Positions 18,226 through 28,300 of a DNA stretch of 64,000 nucleotides are shown one piece after another. Position 1 is the first letter of the stretch, and every line of letters begins with the position of its first letter. The notes below the pieces were generated by a model. The model worked only from the letters and a program-made list of their open reading frames with translations. It was not told the DNA's origin and did no database searches. The stretch comes from an uncultured Clostridia bacterium (GTDB taxonomy: Bacteria > Bacillota > Clostridia > Christensenellales > UBA1242): NCBI GenBank assembly GCA_934756675.1, contig CAKVLG010000002.1, forward strand, positions 339 through 64,338. The letters run 5' to 3'. The translations under genes and the position numbers were made by a program.

Positions 18226-20481
18226 ATGAAACAAGTAGATAGTGTTTTAGTTGAACTTGAAAATGAATTTGGGGATTGGTTTAATCATGATAAATTTGTC
18301 GCACCAAAGATGACAAATAAACTATACCCATATACAAATATTTTTTCGCCAATAAAGGTTAACAAACTCGAGATTAAAAACCGTCTTGTTATGGGGCCAA
18401 TGGGTAACGTTAACATGGCTGATGAAACGGGTAGACCTAGCGAAAAAATGATAAAATATTTTGAAGAGAGAGCGAAAGGTGGTGTTGGTCTTATTACCAC
18501 TGGTCTTATTCCAACAACATATGGAATTGATAGTTCGATTATCGAGCGTGATAAACTTTCTTATTTTCCACGTATCGATAGAAGCCGTACTAATCTTGTT
18601 GGTTGGCGTAACCTAGCTTATGCTGTTCATAACCATGGCTCTAAGATATTTATTCAATTGACAGCTGGCCTTGGCAGAGTTGGTAACCCAGAATGTTTGG
18701 TTAATCAATTAAAGTTGCCAGTTTCAGCAAGTTGGAATCCAAACTATTATATTCCAGCAATTCCTTGCAAAAGGCTTAGCGATTGCCAAATAAATAAGAT
18801 AATTAAAAAGACTGGTCAAGCAGCGGCTGATGCAAAGGCTTGCGGGCTTGATGGTGTTTATTTGCATGGACATGAAGGATATTTGATTGAGCAACTTACA
18901 AACCCTGCGTTCAACCGTAGAAAGTTTGGTAAGTATGCAAATTACCAACGCTTTGGTATTGATATGGTAAAATCAATTCGTGAGCGTTGTGGTGACAAGT
19001 ATCCAATTATGTATCGTATCGATTTGTCACTTATGCTTAATGCTACATACGGAAACCGTATGTGCAAGGTTAAGTCGCTTAAAAAGTTTAGAAACGAGCG
19101 TAGCATTGCTGAAACACTTGATTATATGAAAAACCTTGTTAAGGCTGGCGTTGATATGTTTGACGTTGACCTTGGTTGTTATGATAACTGGTGGCTTCCG
19201 CATCCACCTGCAACAATGCCATCTGGCTGTTTCCTTGAAATTAGTAAGATTGCAAAAGATTATTTTGAGCACAACAATATTCGTTCGAATGCTGGCGAAG
19301 AAGTGCCTATTGTTGCTGTTGGTAAACTTGGCTATCCTGATCTTGCAGAACAAGCACTTATTGATGGCAAGTGTGATATGATTATGCTTGCAAGACCATT
19401 GCTTGCAGATAGTGAATGGCCAAATAAAGTGTACGCAAATAAGGTTAGTGAGATTAGGCCATGTATCGGTTGCCATGAAGCATGCATAAAAGAATTTGTT
19501 GAAGGTGGACACCCACAATGTGCTGTTTGCCCAACCACAACATTTGAAAGTGAACTTGGCAATATTCAAAAGGCTGCAACAATTAAAAAGGTGGCAGTTA
19601 TTGGAGCAGGGCCTGCTGGTGTTGTTGCTAGCAAAACATTGCTTGCACGTGGTCACAATGTAGATTTGTACGAAGCATCTGGCAGAATAGGTGGCACGCT
19701 TATTGCTGCATCTGTTCCAAAATTCAAGTATGAACTTGCAAACTATGTTGAGTATTTAAAGAATGAAGTTGCCAAAATGAAGAAAGATAAAAACTTTAAA
19801 CTTATTTACGAAAAGGCAACAGAAGAAAATTTAAATGGTAAATATGATGTAATTGTTTTTGCAACAGGTTCTTATATGGGTCAACTTCCAATTGCTGGAG
19901 TTGTTCAAAAACATGTAAAAACAACTGTTGAAGCATTGCTTGATCCAAAATGCTTTGAAAAAGCAGACAATATTGTTATAATCGGTGGTGGCGATGCCGG
20001 TTGTGAAGTGGCTTATTATTTGGCTTGTGAGCACAAGAAAAATGTTTCTATCGTTGAACTTTCACCAAATCTAATGGCAACAACTTGCACGGCAAACCGT
20101 GGACATATTATTCATTATCTCGAAAAGTATGGCGTGCATGTATATAACTGTGCTAGCGTTACAAAAATCAATGATGACAATGTAGAAATCATGAAAAATG
20201 TTAGCAAGACAGTTCCAAACCCATTTAACACTTGGACTCCAATACTTCCAGAGAACATCAAAAATCCACTTGCAAAACCAATAAAAAAGGATATGCGAGC
20301 TATGAGCTTGCCAGCTGACCTTGTTATTGTTGGTGTTGGTACACGTTCGAATAATGAACTCTATAAGGCTGCGCTTCAAAACCACTTTGCAAATGAAGTG
20401 TATGCTGTTGGCGATGCAAATGCTTGCGGAAAAGTATTTACCGCTGTTAAATCGGCATACAACAAATGTATTAATATTTAG
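18226..20481 (+). CDS. OYE-type FMN oxidoreductase fused to an FAD/NAD(P) domain (2-enoate / 2,4-dienoyl-CoA reductase family)
   Basis: NRLVMGPMGN and GHEGYLIEQ TIM-barrel motifs, Cys cluster CIGCHEACI...C..C, and two Rossmann GxGxxG motifs (VIGAGPAG, IIGGGDAG). Confidence 0.78.
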   Translation: MKQVDSVLVELENEFGDWFNHDKFVAPKMTNKLYPYTNIFSPIKVNKLEIKNRLVMGPMGNVNMADETGRPSEKMIKYFEERAKGGVGLITTGLIPTTYGIDSSIIERDKLSYFPRIDRSRTNLVGWRNLAYAVHNHGSKIFIQLTAGLGRVGNPECLVNQLKLPVSASWNPNYYIPAIPCKRLSDCQINKIIKKTGQAAADAKACGLDGVYLHGHEGYLIEQLTNPAFNRRKFGKYANYQRFGIDMVKSIRERCGDKYPIMYRIDLSLMLNATYGNRMCKVKSLKKFRNERSIAETLDYMKNLVKAGVDMFDVDLGCYDNWWLPHPPATMPSGCFLEISKIAKDYFEHNNIRSNAGEEVPIVAVGKLGYPDLAEQALIDGKCDMIMLARPLLADSEWPNKVYANKVSEIRPCIGCHEACIKEFVEGGHPQCAVCPTTTFESELGNIQKAATIKKVAVIGAGPAGVVASKTLLARGHNVDLYEASGRIGGTLIAASVPKFKYELANYVEYLKNEVAKMKKDKNFKLIYEKATEENLNGKYDVIVFATGSYMGQLPIAGVVQKHVKTTVEALLDPKCFEKADNIVIIGGGDAGCEVAYYLACEHKKNVSIVELSPNLMATTCTANRGHIIHYLEKYGVHVYNCASVTKINDDNVEIMKNVSKTVPNPFNTWTPILPENIKNPLAKPIKKDMRAMSLPADLVIVGVGTRSNNELYKAALQNHFANEVYAVGDANACGKVFTAVKSAYNKCINI

Positions 20482-20493
20482 GCAAATCTAAAA

Positions 20494-21405
20494 ATGCACG
20501 AAATAATAAAAATGTTTAGAGATGAATTTCCGTATATCGACAGAGAAGAAAAAACTATACTGGAAATTTTGAAAAATAAAAACAATCATCTTATAGAAAA
20601 AAGAGATAACAGCAATAACTTAATTGCTGTTTCTCTTGTGAATAAAAATGCTATATTATTCTTTTGTGTGGATAAAAAATATCGTAATAACGGAATTGGG
20701 TCAGAGCTATTAAAGGAAAGTGAAAATTTTATTAAAAATGAAGGATTTAGCAATGTTGTCGTTGGAGTTGGTTTTAGTTATATAATGCCGGGTGTACCAA
20801 CAAGCAAAAAATATTACGATTCTGTTAATGAATGCTTGGCAAAAGAAGTCAATGATAAAGCTAGCACTTTTTTTGAAAGGCGAGGCTACACACATTCTTG
20901 GGATTGTAATTGTTTTGACATGAAAATGAAACTTAGCGACTTTAAGTTTAAATGCACAATAAATGACACTATAAATAACGTGAAATATAGGTGGGCAACA
21001 AAAGAAGATTTGAATAAAATTGTCGATTGTGCCGATGATGCTTGCCAGTACCAAGACGAAAAATTTTCTAAGTATTACAAAAATGACAAATTATATTTAA
21101 AAACAAGCAATCAGAAAGTTCTTGTTGCAGAAAAAGAAGGCGATATTGTGGGGTGTATTATAGTTTCTAACCAGGTTGAGACGAAGGGGCTGGGTAATGT
21201 TGGTTGCACATGTGTAAGGTTTTCGGAAACGCACCAAGGAATAGGTAGCAATTTGGTTATGTTTGGCACAAGATATCTTTGTGATATTGGGTTAGAAAAG
21301 GCGAGTCTTGGGTATACATATTCTGGGCTTGATAAAATGTATGGTAATGCTGGTTACAAAATTAGTTGTTACTATATGATGGCAACTAAAAACCTTGATA
21401 GATAA
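20494..21405 (+). CDS. Two-domain GNAT-family N-acetyltransferase
   Basis: Motif A YRNNGIGSELL in the first half and a second GNAT-like core (HQGIGSNLV) in the second half. No clear SD. Confidence 0.65.
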   Translation: MHEIIKMFRDEFPYIDREEKTILEILKNKNNHLIEKRDNSNNLIAVSLVNKNAILFFCVDKKYRNNGIGSELLKESENFIKNEGFSNVVVGVGFSYIMPGVPTSKKYYDSVNECLAKEVNDKASTFFERRGYTHSWDCNCFDMKMKLSDFKFKCTINDTINNVKYRWATKEDLNKIVDCADDACQYQDEKFSKYYKNDKLYLKTSNQKVLVAEKEGDIVGCIIVSNQVETKGLGNVGCTCVRFSETHQGIGSNLVMFGTRYLCDIGLEKASLGYTYSGLDKMYGNAGYKISCYYMMATKNLDR

Positions 21406-21440
21406 AAATTGACAAATAAAAAAGATATTTATAGTACAAT

Positions 21441-21471
21441 AAAAACCACCAGTTTTACTGGTGGATTTTTA
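21441..21471. terminator. Bidirectional terminator
   Basis: CCACCAGT / ACTGGTGG stem between convergent genes. Confidence 0.7.
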
Positions 21472-21496
21472 TTTGCATAATATTAAAATTTATATT

Positions 21497-22102
21497 CTAG
21501 TCTATAAATTCGTTTGTTGAGTCTAAGAAAACTTTTGGTTCTGGGCATTTTGATAGGAAAGAACCATATCTAGAATAAAATTCTTTATTTTCGTTTGTTT
21601 CGTTGTTTTTTGTGTAGCCAAGACCGGACAATCTTGAAAGATTGATTGTTTCGCTAGTTGCAGAGTTAAGGTGATTGCTTGTGCTAATATACAATTCTGT
21701 AACCCCACTTTGATAAGCAAGATCTTCCGCGTGACGAATAAGTGCTTCAAATTCAGACTTAGACATGTGGTGAATGTTGTATTCGGCTTGTGGTTTAGAT
21801 ACGATATGACGGATTAATCCATAACGAGCATTATTGTTGTGTTTGTCTGGGTGAGAAATGCAAAGTTCGAGCTTGCCAACAACAATGTTTTCGCAGTCTT
21901 CACCAATATATGCTGCAGTAATAATAAAAGCTGTTGTATCTTTCTTACCAAAATTAGTGTCTAGGCTGGCACATGTTGTAAAGATATTTCCGTCTTCGTT
22001 TTTGTGTATATGAAAAAGCTCGTCTGTTCTAGAATTTTTCATACGTCTTATGTAATTTTTTGCTTTAATTGATTTTATTTTTTTTGATAATATATTGTTC
22101 AT
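21497..22102 (-). CDS. Hypothetical protein, degenerate GNAT-like paralog (third in the array)
   Basis: Start set to the ATG at 22102 (SD GGAG 7 nt upstream, 4 nt after the preceding stop). Architecture is similar to the two upstream genes. Confidence 0.5.
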   Translation of the reverse strand: MNNILSKKIKSIKAKNYIRRMKNSRTDELFHIHKNEDGNIFTTCASLDTNFGKKDTTAFIITAAYIGEDCENIVVGKLELCISHPDKHNNNARYGLIRHIVSKPQAEYNIHHMSKSEFEALIRHAEDLAYQSGVTELYISTSNHLNSATSETINLSRLSGLGYTKNNETNENKEFYSRYGSFLSKCPEPKVFLDSTNEFID

Positions 22103-22106
22103 TTTT

Positions 22107-22754
22107 TTACTCCATTTCACTTATCTCACCAATTAGGGAAGAATCGATGTGTTCTTTGGCTTTTTCACTATCGAACAATGTAATTCTTCTCATAAACAAG
22201 CGTGGTGCGTCTTCGCCGTCTATTATATCATAAGTTAGGTTTTGACAACCATTTTTTTTATAAAAATTTATGTTTGCATCTACTTTTTTTGTCGGATCTG
22301 TTTTGCTTGGCAAAAATCTGTTGCTTGCATAAAGATATAGTGAGTCAAATCCGCGGTCACAGGCAAGACCACAAAGAAAAGTAAATATCGTTGAACCGAC
22401 ATCTTTGTCGCGATATTCTTGTTCAATGTAAATTGTAGATAGGTAATAAATAACTGGGCGATAATTGTTTTTGTTGTATTGTTCGCCAGTTGTTATTCGT
22501 GCAATTTGTTTAAAAATTGGCTCGCCAGTTTCTTCATCTTTTACTATTGTATAACATTTGAAAGTTGAGTATGTGTCGGTTTTATTTAATTGTTTGCGAT
22601 CCTCAATAATAACAAAATGTTCGTTGTGTTTTGTCTTTAAAATCGAGCCACAAAGCGTGCCGTCATAATTAACTAAACTCTCATAGAAAAATTTTTTTAT
22701 TGTGGCATTGTCGAATTCGTCTTCGCTGCCAACAAATAATGTTTTAGTTTGCAT
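22107..22754 (-). CDS. GNAT-like acetyltransferase-fold protein (second in the array)
   Basis: IYIEQEYRDKDVGSTIFTFL...FYKKNGC resembles GNAT motifs A and B. The start is uncertain between the ATG at 22754 and the TTG at 22796. Confidence 0.55.
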   Translation of the reverse strand: MQTKTLFVGSEDEFDNATIKKFFYESLVNYDGTLCGSILKTKHNEHFVIIEDRKQLNKTDTYSTFKCYTIVKDEETGEPIFKQIARITTGEQYNKNNYRPVIYYLSTIYIEQEYRDKDVGSTIFTFLCGLACDRGFDSLYLYASNRFLPSKTDPTKKVDANINFYKKNGCQNLTYDIIDGEDAPRLFMRRITLFDSEKAKEHIDSSLIGEISEME

Positions 22755-23430
22755 CTGCAATTGTCTCACTTTGATATCTTTCAAGTTTGTTTGCAATAAC
22801 AGAGCTGATTGCTTTTGATTCGTTTTCTATTTTGTTTCCAGATTGAAGTTTGTTAATAGCTCTGCCATATACTCTTGTTTGGTCACCTTGTTTTGTTTTG
22901 TATGTGCCCATAGTTTTAAAGCCGCAACTATTGAAAAATAATTCTGTTCTGTCTTGAGCATTTTCTTCGTCAAATTTGCCTTTGCATGTTTTGAAAGATA
23001 TGATAGGATCCTTTGGTGCATAGGCTAAAATATATTTGTAACCTTGCTTTTGTGCAAGTTCACGAGCGACCGATACCATGCGGGTGGCATAGTGATTGCC
23101 GCGATATAAATAATCGAGTTCAAGATTGATTATCGAAAGAACATCTTTGTCTTTTGTAGAAGAACGTAAGTTCATTTTTCCAAGTTCTTTTACAAAATAA
23201 CCTTCAGTAGCACTCTTTCTTATTGTGCAGACAGAAATAGTGGCAGCGTAACCTTTTTGAAACATTTGCTCGCTTATAAATAGCATAGCTATTTCTTTGT
23301 TTTTATTAAAAAACACATAAGAGCCGCTACGTGATCCTGAACTAATTGTTTCTAAAGGTTTTTGCCTTAAAGAATTTAATAGGAGCTTGTAGGCTCCTGC
23401 TGTATTATATTCGGTATTTGCAATTTTCAT
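22744..23430 (-). CDS. GNAT-like acetyltransferase-fold protein (first in the array)
   Basis: LELDYLYRGNHYATRMVSVARELAQKQGY...FFNSCGF. SD AAGGAGA. Confidence 0.55.
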   Translation of the reverse strand: MKIANTEYNTAGAYKLLLNSLRQKPLETISSGSRSGSYVFFNKNKEIAMLFISEQMFQKGYAATISVCTIRKSATEGYFVKELGKMNLRSSTKDKDVLSIINLELDYLYRGNHYATRMVSVARELAQKQGYKYILAYAPKDPIISFKTCKGKFDEENAQDRTELFFNSCGFKTMGTYKTKQGDQTRVYGRAINKLQSGNKIENESKAISSVIANKLERYQSETIADAN

Positions 23431-23543
23431 GTCTTTTCTCCTTGGGCGTTTTGCAGAAAGATTATAACACGCAAAAATTACTTTTTCAAGGGGGTTCCAA
23501 AATTTTATGTCTAACTTTTTTGAATATTGTTAATAATAACTAT

Positions 23544-24053
23544 ATGAAAAGATTACTTTATTTTACTATTGTGTTTTTTGTGATTGGGGCGATATTGTTT
23601 TTCGCGCTCTATGCAAAAGAAACAAAAGTGATGTATGAAGAAGAGTTTGCTGTTAATGCGGAAGAGTTTGATATAGATAAAAATCTTATTATGGCAGTTG
23701 CGAAAACAGAAAGTGGGTTTGACGCAAAAGCAAAAAGTAGGGCGGGTGCTGTTGGTGTGATGCAGCTTATGCCAAGCACTGCAAAGTGGGTTTCTGATGA
23801 ACTTGGTATTGATTATTCAGAAGAAAAACTTGTAGATCCAAAGGTGAATATTAAGCTCGGTTCTTATTATCTTTCGCATTTAATAAAAAAATATAAAGAC
23901 ACCGTTTATGCTTTAGCATGTTATAATGCTGGCGAAAATATTGTGAAGAATTGGGGCTCGCCCGGAAGTTTAAAAATAGACGATATTAAGTATGTTGAAA
24001 CTCAAAATTTTGTTAAAAAAGTGCTATCTCAAAAACAAAAATATGATAAATAA
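23544..24053 (+). CDS. Membrane-anchored lytic transglycosylase (SLT domain)
   Basis: AKTESGF...GVMQLMP...CYNAG motifs. Start moved to the ATG at 23544 (MKRLLYFTIVFF anchor), because the track N-terminal extension overlaps the divergent gene. Confidence 0.8.
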   Translation: MKRLLYFTIVFFVIGAILFFALYAKETKVMYEEEFAVNAEEFDIDKNLIMAVAKTESGFDAKAKSRAGAVGVMQLMPSTAKWVSDELGIDYSEEKLVDPKVNIKLGSYYLSHLIKKYKDTVYALACYNAGENIVKNWGSPGSLKIDDIKYVETQNFVKKVLSQKQKYDK

Positions 24054-24312
24054 AAAACTTCATTTTTGCAATAAAAGTGTAAAATGTTGCAAAAATAACA
24101 CCATTTTTCACATAAATAATTAGTATTTTGCGTTTTTTATAAAAATACACATTGCGAAAAATAAGGCTAGAGTGACATTGAATAGTAGGTTACAAGTGGC
24201 TATTTTTAGTGCTTGTTTTTTTATTGTTTTTTACATATAGACATAATTTTTCTAGACTGGTGTTGAAACATTTTGACCTAAAAACCCACAAAATATAATG
24301 TGACAATTATGC

Positions 24313-24341
24313 TTGCATATTAATTTTTGTTGTGCTATAAT
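24313..24341 (+). promoter_or_regulatory. Putative sigma-A promoter of the 337-aa / 2283-aa operon
   Basis: TTGCAT, 17-nt spacer, TGC-TATAAT (extended -10), 27 nt upstream of the ATG. Confidence 0.55.
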
Positions 24342-24367
24342 CCTTATATAAAATATAAGGGGACTAT

Positions 24368-25381
24368 ATGAATAGACCTAAGCCACAAATTAATGTTACA
24401 GAGAAAGAAGAGATTTCTGAAAATGAAATCTCTGTTTCTTGTGATGAAAAGTTAAGTGATGATGGACTGTTTTCTGAGACAGCTGTTGCCTTAGATAAGA
24501 CCCCAAAAAAGAAAAGTGTTTTTTTAACAAAAACCTTTATGGTTAACATTTTTGTCGTACTTGCTCTCGCTATTTTTACAGGCGTTCAAGTAGGTCTTTT
24601 TTATCTTGACACCTTTGTTAAATCTTATGCTCCGCCAACTGTTGAAGAACAGACTTTGCGTGACGATACATTGGCAATCTACAACGCAAGCGTTGGAAAA
24701 TCTCCACTTGATGTTGGCGCTGTGAATGCTGCCATTGTTGCAGATTATATTTTGACAAACTCTACTTGTGTTGAAAAGACGACAATAGGTACAATCGTTG
24801 CTATGGGTGTAAAACAACAAATGGCTGCTAGTAAGAAAAGAGTTGGTAATCGTATTTTTTCTGAAAAGATATCTACTGGTGTTATTAGTGTTGGTAACCG
24901 TTTTTATCATACACTAGAAAGTGACCTTTTTGAATTTTATTCTGGCACAAACGTTACAATAACTGGCGCTACTTGGCCTAGTTCACCAAGCTACACTTGG
25001 AATTACGACACGTACATTGAGCATTTTAGAAGTAAGCCAGAATACTTTATCAATTATATAATTTCAAGCAAGACTGTTCAAGCGTCTTCAATTTCTTCGC
25101 TTCCTAATGGCAACTTTTTAATCTCGCTTGATCTTGACACCGTTTATAGTGTTCTAAATTATTGCTATGAAATTCGTGAAACTTCTGGTTCTACAAAATT
25201 TCCAAACTTTAAGGCTGTGCATCTCGATATGATTATTGACAGCAGTTACAAAGTTATTGAACTTAAAGTGGAAGAAAATTATGACGTTGCAGTTGTTCAA
25301 CTTGGTGGTGGGTATGTAGATACTCATGCTTCCATTGTCGATAAATTTTCTTACAAGGGGGTAGTGATTGATGAAGCGTAA
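24368..25381 (+). CDS. Hypothetical single-pass membrane protein (cytoplasmic N-terminus, beta-rich ectodomain)
   Basis: SD AAGGGG. TM helix FMVNIFVVLALAIFTGVQVGLFYL. The 3' end overlaps the next gene by 11 nt. Confidence 0.7.
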   Translation: MNRPKPQINVTEKEEISENEISVSCDEKLSDDGLFSETAVALDKTPKKKSVFLTKTFMVNIFVVLALAIFTGVQVGLFYLDTFVKSYAPPTVEEQTLRDDTLAIYNASVGKSPLDVGAVNAAIVADYILTNSTCVEKTTIGTIVAMGVKQQMAASKKRVGNRIFSEKISTGVISVGNRFYHTLESDLFEFYSGTNVTITGATWPSSPSYTWNYDTYIEHFRSKPEYFINYIISSKTVQASSISSLPNGNFLISLDLDTVYSVLNYCYEIRETSGSTKFPNFKAVHLDMIIDSSYKVIELKVEENYDVAVVQLGGGYVDTHASIVDKFSYKGVVIDEA

Positions 25382-28300
25382 ACATAAAAAGCTCAAAAAG
25401 ACCTTTCTTGTGTATGTCTTAACATTTTTGGTTGTTACATTTTGTAGCGCTTTTTTAACAGTTACCGTTAACTACGACAGCTACTTTTTAAATAACTCAT
25501 CACTATTCCTTTCTAACACTCAAGAGACAGGTGACTCTTCGGCACTCTCTAGCACTGTCGCCAGTCTTATGAGTATGCGTGGCGGTGTTGTTAATGTTGT
25601 TATGGCTGCTGGTAACGAAGCGGGCGACACACTCGACGTCGATGCTAGCATAAAACTTAGAATGCAAGGCGGAATAGAAAATATTGAAGTTGGCGCTGAT
25701 GTTATTTTGTATTTCAATAACGAACCATTTAGCATTTCTGCTACTTATATTGGTGGTTGGCTATATCTCAGTGTTAATGACAGTAATTTTAAAATGCAGG
25801 TTAATAGCTTAGCACAAAGTGTCCAATCGATACTTGGGCTTATTGGTATGAACATGGGCGATGCTGGCAGCCTTGGAAGTATGTTCGATATGAATGCACT
25901 TATGGGGCTTGCGTCTGACATGAAAGAAGTTGCTACAGATTTTGGTACAAAAATGGAAATTTCTAGCGACAATGTTAACGTTTCTATGAACGTTGATAAT
26001 GACTTTATGTTAAAGTCTATCGATATTGCAAATGTTAGCGTTGGCGATTATTTTGCTCATGGCGAAATTGTTATGTCAGATATTAACTCTAGCAACATTT
26101 CAATCGAACCAGCAAGTAATGAAAATGAATATAACGATGTTACACCAGCAATAAGGCTTATTAATGGTATAATGTCTATCCCAACGGGTGACTTTTCGGC
26201 ATCTGTTGTTTCTAACCTTGGGTTTGAATCTAAGTTTGATGTTTTGTATGACATGAGCGCGCAAGGCGGGAAAATTAGTACTCGTGCTGGTCAAATCGAT
26301 TTTGATACATATATTATTCGCAACAATGTTTACTTCAATTCTGGCAATGCTCGCATTAAGGTTGAAGATTTAAAGACGTATGATTTCACAAAAATATTGT
26401 TTGAGATTTTGGAAAAAGTCGGCGTAAACTCTAGCAGTGACATAAAAAGTCAACTTGACTTATCTAAGATTAGTGACATAAATTTCTCTGAAATTGACCT
26501 TGGAAAATTCTTTGATTTGATAAGTGTTGACGATGACAAACTAACAATCTCAGCTTACGGCAAAAACTTTAATTTCGAATTTGATGGCGATAGAATTAAA
26601 AAGTTTTATATTGACAATTTAGTATCGATTAATTTCGACTACTCAGCAACAGAACTAGTATTCGAAAACTATGGCTATGTTGCAATTAGTGATATGGAAT
26701 GGGTGATTAAACCAATCACCGAATTTTTGACTACCAAAAAAATGAGCTTTGATATTTATGCAAATATCGATGGCGAAGACTATGAGCTCAATGTTCGTCT
26801 TGATTTTATAGAAAAAAATGCTATTGAAATTATTGGCGAGTTGTTTGGCAAAAGCTTTGATATAATCGTTGACGAGCAATATATTTTACTTAACATCGGT
26901 GGCGAAAGAACAAAAATAGACAAGTCGAGATTGACTGAAACAATTTTGGAACTTGCAGACAAGTATGCGTTTAGCAAAGAAATTAATTTCTCGTTTGATT
27001 TAAATACAGTTATAAATAGCTTACTCCAATTAACATACGCCGACCAAAACAGCTTGACGTTTGAAAATAACGATTTTGAAATCTCTTATAGTGCAGCTGG
27101 CACAATTTCACTTATTGGCAATCTTCTTGGCAAAAACGTTAATATACTTCTAATTAAAGAAGACAGCGCGCGCGATGTTCGTTATTATAACCACAACCAA
27201 TTTGCGGACTTTATGTTCACAAGTGATTTAGCAAAGAATACTAAGAAATATATAGAAAGCAGAGAATATAACATAGATTTATCTGCTAGGATTGACGGCA
27301 AAGATGTTACCGCTGATGTTTATGCAAATCTTAACGATAATTATTATGCGGCAAGGGTAACTTATAGCGGCGAAACAATTTCTGTAATCTCTGATAATGA
27401 CACATATTATATTGCTTATAGGCAATTTAAGTTCTTTGGTAGCATGGAAAATGCTATGAATATGCTTGCTGGGTTCTTGGCAGAGCAAAACGGCAACGAC
27501 AAATTTGCATCTTTTGTTTCTGACTTAATGCTCAGTATCAAAGATAAATATGCTGGCACAGATATATTAAAACTTCTCACAGAAACTCGAATTGGCAAGA
27601 TCAAAATCACAGACAACGTGTTTGAACTTAACATGATTAAGTTTGCTGGTCTTGAAGATCTTTTCGACCTAGAAAAACTAACAATTGGTCTTGAGATTGA
27701 AAATAAAAACATTCACAAGATTTATGCAAGTTATGGTGACATGAATGCAAGCATTTTAATTAAAAATGAGCAAGTTCAACGCTTAACAGATAGTGAAAAA
27801 CAATCATACACCGTTGACCTTGACAAGCTTGTTCGTGTTGGCAAAAATGTTTATGACTACGCTAAAAATGGCGAATATATTTTGCAAGTTGATATAACTT
27901 ACGATAACTATAGCATCAGCGGAAAAGTTGCCGTTATTGACAATGAAATTAAAACAGATTTATTAGTTGTGGCAGGGGAATATGAAATCGGCTTAAAACT
28001 TATAGATAAAATGCTTTATGTCAACTTCGAAAACCTTGCAATTAGTGCTAAACTTGGCGATGCAGATAAGATTATTGCTCTTCTTGAAAAGCTAGGTATA
28101 GACACAAACAAGATTAAGGAAACATTGAATGGCATTAAGCCAGAACTTCCAGAAATCAACGATAAAACACTTGTAGACATGCTTGCGAAAGTTGATTTGG
28201 ATAAATTTATCTTCTCTTGCAGCGACCAAACTTATATTCTTGGTTATGGCGATTATAAGCTTATAGTTTCAAGCGAAAACGACATGATAACTGGCGTAAG

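Noticed and set aside
23346-23543. N-terminal extensions of track ORFs. The coordinates give the one at 23346-23543. The others are at 44012, 32812, 15909, 7563, 35861, 36423, 39958 and 2796.
   Set aside because: In each case an internal ATG or GTG with a proper SD begins the conserved protein. The extension overlaps promoters, terminators, tRNAs or neighbouring genes.
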